Origin: Nitrospirota bacterium
Lineage (GTDB): Bacteria; Nitrospirota; JACRHJ01
Reading direction: 5' to 3'
NCBI GenBank assembly: GCA_963845245.1
Contig: CAWJRJ010000036.1
Location: 1-19,774, forward strand
DNA length: 19,774 nucleotides
Below, piece after piece: positions 10,035-18,014 of this stretch. The translations under genes and the position numbers were made by a program. Numbering within the stretch: position 1 is the stretch's first letter; the number at the start of each line of letters is the position of its first letter. Below the pieces are notes generated by a model. The model was not told where the DNA came from, searched no databases, and saw nothing but the letters and a program-made list of their open reading frames with translations.

Positions 10035-10168
10035 CGGTAAGCCGGCTGGATGGCCGTTGTTGAGACATCGTCCGGAGCCAACAATTGAATGAGTCAGGCG
10101 AGTATACGAGCCTGCTCAAGGATCCGGCGGCGACTATGATGGCTCATAAAAGGGGCATCCATCGGCAT

Positions 10169-10940
10169 TCACTCCGCCAGTGTTTTTATCATCTCTTTGT
10201 GTATTTTAGAATTACTAGCCAGTATCTCGCCTGAATCCATGAAATGAAAAGGCCCGCCGTCTAGTGTGGTGACCTTTCCCCCAGCCTCCGTGACGATGAG
10301 CGTACCCGCAGCGGTGTCCCAGGGCTTCAGCCCGAATTCCCAGTAGCCGTCGAACCGCCCCGCCGCAATGTAGCACAGGTCGAGCGCGGCAGAGCCGAGC
10401 CTGCGTATCCCCTGGCTTGCAATCGTCATCTTGTCGAACAGCGGAAGTATACATGTCGGCGCGCTTGTCGAGGTCGTACGGAAAACCGGTGACGATGAAC
10501 GAGTTCGCAAGCTTGGGCGTCTTTGATACGTTGAGCCTCTTCCCGTTAAGGAACGCCCCCTTGCCCTTTACTGCATAAAACATCTCGCGCCGCACCGGGT
10601 CGTGTACGACGCCCACGAGGACCTCGCCGTCCCGCTCATATGCGATCGATACGCAGAAGCACGGGAAACCGTGGGAGTAGTTCACGGTGCCGTCCAACGG
10701 GTCCACGATCCACCGCCCGCCGTCGCCCTTCCATGCGGTCTTCTCTTCGGCGAGGAAGCCGTGGGTGGGAAATGCGGACTTTATTATCCCGGCAATCAAC
10801 GCCTCTGAGGCCTTGTCAGCCTCGCTCACAGGGTCGCGGCGTCCGGACTTGAACTGTATGTCCTTGAGGTTGCCGAAGTAGGAGAGCAGGAGCTTGCCTG
10901 CCTCGCGTGCGGCGTGTTTGGCGGTAGTGAGTTCTTTCAT
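10169..10940 (-). CDS. suhB: Inositol monophosphatase family protein SuhB (frameshift near 10450)
   Basis: DPVSEADKASE, FLAEE, WIVDPLDGTVNYSHG.P.FCVSIA, TGFPYD, IRRLGSAALDLCYIAAGRFDGYWE..LKPWDTAAG. Confidence 0.95.
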
Positions 10941-10946
10941 ACCGCA

Positions 10947-10974
10947 ATATTAGCACAACTATAGCGCGGTTCAA
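10947..10974 (-). promoter_or_regulatory. Putative sigma70 promoter of suhB (extended -10), implying a leaderless mRNA; mirrored at 11583..11610 on the plus strand
   Basis: TTGAAC, 16-nt spacer ending in TGc, TAATAT, then 6 nt, then ATG. No Shine-Dalgarno sequence is present. Confidence 0.55.
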
Positions 10975-11025
10975 CCCAAAAACCAACATAAGCTGTCTTG
11001 AGATTTTAATGCGATTTATTGCCGG

Positions 11026-11298
11026 TTAATCGGCTGGGGTTATCTCGGACCTCATTATGCACACACCGGACCTGCCGCCCATATACTGCCACTCGATAAT
11101 GTAAGTGCCGTTGCCATCGACGTATTTTGTAATATCCTGCTCTATCACCGCGTTTATGGGCGGGTTAGACCAGTCGGCTATCCTCTGGTTCAGGGTGGTG
11201 CCTTTCTTTTTCAGGAATATCCTGCCCTGCGTGCTTAACAGGTTCGGGTCCCAGCTCAGTTCGCCATGGAATACATATTTGACGCCGGGTTTCCATGG
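11026..11298 (-). CDS. 3' end of an unknown protein, truncated by the foldback point
   Basis: Open frame PWKPGVKYVFHGELSWDPNLLSTQGRIFLKKKG...DITKYVDGNGTYIIEWQYMGGRSGVCIMRSEITPAD* reads through the loop. It is co-oriented with suhB. Upstream of about 11298 the ORF is only the antisense of itself. Confidence 0.6.
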   Translation of the reverse strand, partial: PWKPGVKYVFHGELSWDPNLLSTQGRIFLKKKGTTLNQRIADWSNPPINAVIEQDITKYVDGNGTYIIEWQYMGGRSGVCIMRSEITPAD

Positions 11299-11616
11299 CG
11301 AACTGAGCTGGGACCCGAACCTGTTAAGCACGCAGGGCAGGATATTCCTGAAAAAGAAAGGCACCACCCTGAACCAGAGGATAGCCGACTGTCTAACCCG
11401 CCCATAAACGCGGTGATAGAGCAGGATATTACAAAATACGTCGATGGCAACGGCACTTACTATCGAGTGGCAGTATATGGGCGGCAGGCCGGTGTGTGCA
11501 TAATGAGGTCCCAAGAACCCCAGCCGATTAACCGGCAATAAATCGCATTAAAATCTCAAGACAGCTTATGTTGGTTTTTGGGTTGAACCGCGCTATAGTT
11601 GTGCTAATATTGCGGT

Positions 11617-12380
11617 ATGAAAGAACTCACGTTTCCAACGCGCGCGCGAGGCGGGCAAGCTCCTGCTCTCCTACTTCGGCAACCTCAAGGACATACAGTT
11701 CAAGTCCGGCCGCCGCGACCCTGTGAGCGAGGCGGACGAGCATCAGAGGCGCTGATCGCCGGGATATAAAGAACGCATTCCCCACCCACGGCTTCCTCGC
11801 CGAGGAGAAGACCGCATGGAAGGAGACGGCGGGCGGTGGATCGTGGACCCGTTGGACGGCACCGTGGACTCCTCCACGGCTTCCCATGCTTCTGCGTCTC
11901 CGATCGCATATGAGCTGGACAGCGACGTCCGTGGGCGTCGTACACGACCCGGTGCGGCGCGAGATGTTTTATGCAGTAAAGGGCAAGGGGGCGTCCCTTA
12001 ACGGGAAGAGGCTCAATGTGGTTCGAAGACGCCCAAGCTTGCCAACTCGTTAATCGTCACCGGTTTCCGTACCGACCCTCGATAAGCGCGCCGACATGAT
12101 CCTTCCGCTGTTCGACAAGATGAGGATTCCGAGACCAGGGGATACGCAGGCTCGGCTCTGCCGCGCTCGACCTGTGCTACATCGCGGCGGCTTGTCGACG
12201 GCTACTGAGAAGTCGGGCTGAAGCCCTGGGACACCGCTGCTGGTACGCTCATCGTCACGGAAGCTAGGGGGAAAGGTCACCACACTAGACGGCGGGCCTT
12301 TTCATTTCATGGATTCAGGCGAGATACTGGCTAGTAATTCTAAAATACACAAAGAGATGATAAAAACACTGGCGGAGTGA
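11617..12380 (+). pseudogene. suhB: Mirror copy of suhB, heavily disrupted by indels (probably sequence error)
   Basis: Starts ATGAAAGAACTCAC, contains WIVDPLDGTV, and ends ...ACACTGGCGGAGTGA identical to the left copy; many small deletions. Confidence 0.85.
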
Positions 12381-12508
12381 ATGCCGATGGATGCCCCTTT
12401 TATGAGCCATCATAGTCGCCGCCGGATCCTTGAGCAGGCTCGTATACTCGCCTGACTCATTCAATTGTTGGCTCCGGACGATGTCTCAACGGCCGTGGCC
12501 GCTTCTCG

Positions 12509-12859
12509 TTAAAGAACCTCCTCGTCTTCCGGCCTCCAGGCCGGACCACCATGCAGATGAAGACACCAGCTCGTCTTTGCCGATATTCTTTATGTTCTGC
12601 AAGGCGGGCGTGTATATCGCCTCCGGCCCGACATTGCGCACCTCGCCGGCTATCCTCATCTCGCCCCAAAGTTGCTAATATATAGTATACCTCTGAGGTC
12701 TTTAATTTATGCGGTGTGGATTCAAGCCCCGGCGCAAGCCGTGCGTGTGCGAGGCTGTACGGAGAAGCTGACGGTCTTTCAGGGGGTTGAAAAGCTCGCG
12801 GAGTCGGGTGTGTCCCCGGCGATGAATTCGTCACAGTCCTTCAAGTCGCGTATGAACAT
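12509..12859 (-). pseudogene. Mirror copy of the cupin gene, frameshifted
   Basis: Reverse complement of 9675..10034; retains YSLAHARLAPGLESTPHKLKTSEVYYIL. Confidence 0.85.
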
Positions 12860-12865
12860 GGCGGC

Positions 12866-13234
12866 CTACAGCTCTATGACTTTTTTTGGCCGCCCCTTGT
12901 CGCAACGCCGCCCAGCGAGTCTCCCACCGCCATCATCGAGGCTACCGGTGGAATCGCCCACGCCTCGCAGACGCCCGGTTCCTGTACGATGACGTTCAGG
13001 GAACATAGTGCCTATCTTGTCCTCTTTCTGGAGGGCCTCATAGGCGAACGGCGGGTTGCATGCCCCGAGTATGCGATAGTTCCTGAACTCGACGTCCAGC
13101 TTCTTCTTCAGCGTGGCCTTGACGTCGATGTCGGTCAGGGGTGTCGCCGAAGCCTTGCTCTTGAAGCTCTTCGGTTACCCTGCTTACGGCTTCGTGAAAG
13201 ATGCGTTTATGGTTTTTGTAAAATGGTAGCTCAA
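12866..13234 (-). pseudogene. Mirror copy of the DUF302 gene, frameshifted with short deletions
   Basis: Reverse complement of 9282..9668 (e.g. [10 protein letters not shown], gggcatgcaacccgccgttcgcctatgagg). Confidence 0.85.
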
Positions 13235-13249
13235 ATCCGTTTTCCTTTT

Positions 13250-13663
13250 TCAAGCCTGTCCTCGTAACGGACGACCTTAGGTATTTTCAAGCTCCTTGTC
13301 CACCTTCATTATATGGTGGACAAGCCAGTCTACCACTGTCTTGTTTGTGGCCAATACCATTGAAGGGATGGGCCATTCTCGGCAAACTGTTGCTTGAGTT
13401 CCGCAACATCGGTCACGTGAGTGCTGCATCGCCCTCGCCCGTCTCATACCCGGACAATATATTCGCGCTGTATCTTCTCCTCCGCGGCGAAATGCTCCAC
13501 CACATAATTCTCGAGGGAATCAGAATACGCTGGCGACGGAGTCCCTGCCCTTGCCTGCATGGAGGCTACGAGTAGCCCGTCTTATCCCTTCCCCAGATCT
13601 CCTTATGCTGTTGTCGATCGCCTCTATGCCGGTCGCCAGGTCCTCAGTCCATTCAACACTCGA
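13250..13663 (-). pseudogene. Mirror copy of bacteriohemerythrin 2, heavily disrupted by indels
   Basis: Reverse complement of 8842..9265 (gaatggactgaggacctggcgaccggcatagaggcgatcgac; gtggagcatttcgccgcggaggagaagatacagcgcga). Confidence 0.8.
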
Positions 13664-13704
13664 TCGTACATTACCTCCTCGTTCATCAGTTAGACCATAC
13701 GATC

Positions 13705-14124
13705 TCAGACGCTTCCCTTGAACCCTCGTGACTTAAGGTAGTTGCCGAGCGCCTTGTCGTGTTTCTTTATGTGGTGGACCAGCCAGTCGACCACCTTGCG
13801 GTTGGTGACCATTACCATGGCGAGGGACGGACCCTCGTCCTCAAACTGCTGTTTGAGTTTCGCGACGTCTTCCATGAATGCCGCGTGCATGGCCCTGTGG
13901 TTGCCGTATTCCGGGTATAGATTGTCGCGCTGTATCTTCTCCTCGGCGGTGAAATGCTCGATCACGTAGTTCTCCAGAAAAACCAGCACGCCGGCCACAG
14001 TTTCCCTGCCCTTGCCGGAATTGCAGGCCTCAAGCAGGCCGTCGATCCTCCTGAACAGCTCCTTGTGCTGGTTGTCGATTACCTCTATGCCGGTCGCCAG
14101 CTCTTCGGTCCACGCAACAGCCAT
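13705..14124 (-). CDS. Mirror copy of bacteriohemerythrin 1, intact, 7 amino-acid differences from the left copy
   Basis: 139-aa ORF with all iron ligands; direct comparison with 8382..8801. Confidence 0.93.
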   Translation of the reverse strand: MAVAWTEELATGIEVIDNQHKELFRRIDGLLEACNSGKGRETVAGVLVFLENYVIEHFTAEEKIQRDNLYPEYGNHRAMHAAFMEDVAKLKQQFEDEGPSLAMVMVTNRKVVDWLVHHIKKHDKALGNYLKSRGFKGSV

Positions 14125-14125
14125 T

Positions 14126-15160
14126 TCAGACTCCCCCTTTATCCATGTTTCTGTTTTCCGCTATCTGCGCCGCCATCTTCAACGCCTCAATAAGGCTGGC
14201 CGGGTCGGCAATCCCCTGGCCAGCAATGTCGTATGCCGTCCCGTGGTCAACGGATGTCCTGATTATAGGCAGGCCGATTGTCACATTTACCGCGCTCCCG
14301 AAGGCCAGCATCTTGAGCGGGATGAGGCCCTGGTCGTGGTACATCGCCACGACTATGTCGAAATCGCCCCGTTTTGCCTTGTAAAAAAGCGTGTCCGGCG
14401 GCAGCGGGCCCGTCACCGCCAAACCCTCGGCACGTGCCTGCTCGCATGCAGGGGAAATGTGCAGTATCTCTTCGTCGCCGAAGATACCAGCCTCACCCGC
14501 ATGCGGGTTGAGCCCGGCCACCACTATCCTCGGCGTCTCGATGCCGAGCTCGCGGCAGGCCCTTGCGGCGAGCCTTATGGTGCGCAGCACGCCGTCCTTT
14601 GTGATGAGCCCCGGCACGTCCTTAAGCGCGCAGTGTATCGTGGCAATTATAACACGCAGCCCGCCGCCTGCCAACATCATCCCGAAGTCGGACGTGCCGG
14701 TAAGCTCAGCCAGAAGCTCGGTATGGCCCGGCCAGGAGTACCCGGCCATCTTAAGGGTCTCCTTGTTGATTGGCGCGGTGGTGATTGCCGCAACTTCGCC
14801 CTGGGTGGCAAGCAAGACGGCCTTTCTTATGTATTCGACGACCGCCCGCCCGGCGTAAGCGCCCGCCCTGCCCGGGGTTAGCTCGGAGAGGTTCACGTTG
14901 CCTCCGAGTCTTCTATCACGCCGACCGCGTCCCCTGTGTCTTCATGAGGGCCGGAAACAGTCTTCAATACTGGGCGCCTGCTCATGGCAAGAGGCGTCAT
15001 CGCCTCTTCCAGCACCTTCATGTCGCCGATGATAAGCGGACGGCAGACGTCCAGGACGGCCTTCGTGCCGACGGATTTCAATATTATTTCGGGGCCGACC
15101 CCGCCGGGAGCCGCCCATGGTTATAGCAATAAGCTGCGTTTCGGTAATATCATTTGACAT
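14126..15160 (-). CDS. pdxA: Mirror copy of pdxA (C-terminal 256 aa intact; 5' part frameshifted, start uncertain)
   Basis: ORF 14126..14896 carries [22 protein letters not shown] and RTSVDHGTA; upstream pieces IAITMG and CRPLIIGDMKVL. Confidence 0.92.
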
Positions 15161-15184
15161 CGAGCTCACATCCTTATACCGATA

Positions 15185-15812
15185 TTATGTTGATTTTCTC
15201 TGACGCTGCTTTATGCCGAAACACATGTAAGCCATCGCAATTACAAAACATATAGTCCCCATAAGGGGTACTTTTACGCCGGTAACGCTCAGTATTGTAC
15301 TCAGAATTATAACAGGTGTTATCGAGATTACCGCAAGGCGCACCAACGCCTGATAATCAAGTTCAACTTTCATATATCTGGCAATCAGTATACCAATTAA
15401 TGCGTATATTAAAGCCTGTATTATTCTATAAATAAAGGATGATAGTACTGCAATGGGGTAAAAGGCTACCGCAAAGAATTTATCGAACATATCCAGAATT
15501 TTATAAACCAATGCCTTGTCGAGTTTAAAGTCCTTTACTGTCGACAGATCGTACATCCTGGTCTCCCGCTCACTATTTTTTAATAATATCTTATTGTGTG
15601 TAATGAGATTTAGGTGCGGGCCCTTCAATTTCGGCCGGAGCCAACGGGTCTATTCTTATAAATTCTTTACCACTGTGATCCTTAATTACATAAGGTGTTG
15701 GTTTGTCAATGGTTACGACTCCGTTTGTTATTTTTAGGGCTGGGACCTGTTCAACTAAAGGTGTCATGCTTCTAACAGCACTATCAGTAGTAAAGAGTAT
15801 CTGTATAGTTTC
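15185..15812 (-). pseudogene. Mirror copy of the DUF1189-like gene, 5'-truncated at the deletion junction 15812/15813
   Basis: ORF 15185..15628 matches [22 protein letters not shown]...; similarity to the left arm ends at left 6710. Confidence 0.8.
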
Positions 15813-15855
15813 CGACCAATATCGTAGAGCGGATTCTTGAGCGGTACGGACGTAA
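15813..15855 (+). pseudogene. rfaE2: Remnant of the last ~13 codons of rfaE2 after the large deletion
   Basis: acc aat atc gta gag cgg att ctt gag cgg tac gga cgt taa-like tail encodes [13 protein letters not shown], mirroring left 4029..4072. Confidence 0.75.
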
Positions 15856-15874
15856 ATGACGACTGGAGGCTGCG

Positions 15875-16324
15875 ATGACTTTTAAAGAATACCTTTCAAA
15901 AGGCATGGAAATCGTAAAGCTGAATCGCGACGCGGCTGCGAAGTCGCGGCGCAGGAAGACGCATTCGGCATGGCTATGCTGTTCTTCGCCATTGGCGGCC
16001 TGCGGCCGGCACTCGGCAGCGTTATGGTCAGCCTCGGGTTCGGCTTTTTTGTGATAATCTTTTTGCCGGTAATGCATGTGCTGGGCTCGTTCATCTGGCT
16101 GGGATACTGTTCCTTCTTGCTAAACTCTTTGGCGGTACAGGAACATACAGGGCGCACTACAGCGCACTCGGCATCGGGAGCCTGCCCGGTTGGGGACAGA
16201 TCGTCCCCGTGCTTGGTGGCATAGTGGCGTTAACTAGCGCTCATAGCCGTGGTAATGGTAGGTATGGCCGCGTTCATGGGCCTGATGAATATGGGCCAGA
16301 TGCCTGGACTTCAAGACCTTCTGA
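15875..16324 (+). pseudogene. Mirror copy of the YIP1-like gene with frameshifts and a 100-nt internal deletion
   Basis: Starts MTFKEYLSKGMEIVKLNRDAA; junction gtggcgtta|actagcgc at 16232/16233 skips left 3551..3650. Confidence 0.8.
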
Positions 16325-16408
16325 CCTGCCGGGAAAATCTGCCTGTATAGCCGTGCGGGCTATGAGATACAGCATGTATAGAATAGCCAGAGATAATGAG
16401 CGTAATAA

Positions 16409-17981
16409 ATGGAAGCGTCCAAAAATGTTTGGAAAGAATACAAGTTCCAAATTCTTATAGTCATAGCCACTTCTGCCATTGTATATCTGAACACGCTTGG
16501 GAACGGTTTTGTATGGGACGACAGTGACCAGGTACTTGGCAACCCCTGGATCAGAGATATAAAGTCCCTCCCCAAAATCTTCGCCAACAGCGTATGGGCG
16601 TTTAAACCAGAACCTACTGGCAGCAATTATTACCGGCCGTTGACGCATCTCGTCTACATGCTGGGCTATGCCATTTCCGGCCTTCGGCCATGGGGATACC
16701 ACCTGGTCAGCGTCCTTTTCCATGTCTGCTCTTCCGTCCTTGTCTTTCTGCTTGCCACAATTTTGCTTCATGATAAGGCCAATAATTCAAAAGGCATCTC
16801 CATACCGCTGGCGGCGGCAGTAATTTTTGCAGTGCACCCGATACACGCAGAGGCCGTTGCCTGGGTTGGGGGTGTCCCGGACCTCTCCTATTCGTTCTTT
16901 AGCCTGCTGGCATTGTACCTTTATATAAGATCCGAAAACAGGTTCAACAGGTATTATTTTATTTCCGTTTTGTCCTTTTTTATCGGTACATTGTGCAAGG
17001 AACCGGCGCTGACCATAGTAGTCCTGTTGGTAGCCTATGACTTCCTGCTAAATAAAAACAAGGCGGGTTCGTCAATTCTCTTTAAAAGGTATACCCCTTT
17101 TATCCTGGCCGCATCGGCATATTTGGGAATCAGGTATTTTGCGCTTAGTGGCAGCATGGTCCCGCAGGGAACAACGGACGAAGCGAGTACGGTTTGTACG
17201 ATCTTCTTATAATCCTTAAAACCTATATAAATAAACTCGTTGTGCCTTATAATTTGCAACCCCTTTCGATTCGTTCAGGCCTGTTGCGTCTCTGCTTGAA
17301 ACGCGGATGCTGGTTGCATTGTTTATAATCGCCTTAGCCGTTGTCATTTATTATTTTTGTTTTAGAAAGGACAGGGTTCTTCTTCCTGCCTGTTGATTAT
17401 CCTGGTACCTGGCTTACCGTTCGTATTGAATGTGATAAGCGGTCCTGAGTTCGTTGGCGGAGAGATACCTTTATCTCCCTCCGTCGGGTATGCGGTCCTG
17501 CTGTCCATGATTATCTCACGTGTGTGGAATTCAAAGGCGGCAGTTGCCGCAGTCCCGGCATTTTTAGTGCTGACAGCTTTGTTTTCGGTCGGCACTGTCA
17601 ACAGAAATGTGGACTGGAAGGATGACTTCAGTTTGTGGTCTGATACGGTTAAGAAGTCTCCCGAAAATGCCACAGCGCACGATAACCTTGGTTTGGTCTA
17701 CGAGAAAAAGGGACAATATGGGTTGGCCGAGGCTGAATTCCTTTATGCCCTGAATGGTTATCCGATCGATGAGAATGCATACAAGAACCTTGGCAGGAGG
17801 GCATAGGAACACCTGTAAGGTGGACGAATCGATATCTGCTTTCTCGGAATTCTTAAAAGATAAGCCTGACGATGCCGACGTCCATAATGACCTCGGCATA
17901 GTCTATGTCAAGAAAAACGACTTGAAGAGGGCGAAAGTACATTTTTTTACCGATGCTGAAACGCTCGTAAACGACATTTAA
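16409..17981 (+). CDS. Mirror copy of the TMTC-like GT-C/TPR gene (frameshifted)
   Basis: ORF pieces 16409..17212, 17393..17806 and 17754..17981 carry the same motifs as the left copy. Confidence 0.8.
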
Positions 17982-18014
17982 GCGGAACCTGGAAAAGGTA
18001 CAGCAGGAAATGCT

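Noticed and set aside
11262..11300. Hairpin telomere or protelomerase site of a linear replicon
   Set aside because: The centre has a 19-nt asymmetric loop that lies in a coding frame and truncates a gene. No telomere-resolvase, phage or plasmid genes are present, and the arms hold chromosomal housekeeping genes.
11026..11541. Self-complementary ORFs crossing the hairpin (170 aa on minus; 100 aa and 91 aa on plus)
   Set aside because: Their N-terminal or C-terminal halves are just the antisense translation of the other half, produced by the foldback. Only the minus-strand portion from about 11298 down looks like real protein.
11617..13680. Genuine pseudogene decay of duplicated genes
   Set aside because: The damage is dominated by short deletions clustered shortly after the turn, as expected for a low-quality complement strand. 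The pseudogene labels above describe the sequence as given only.
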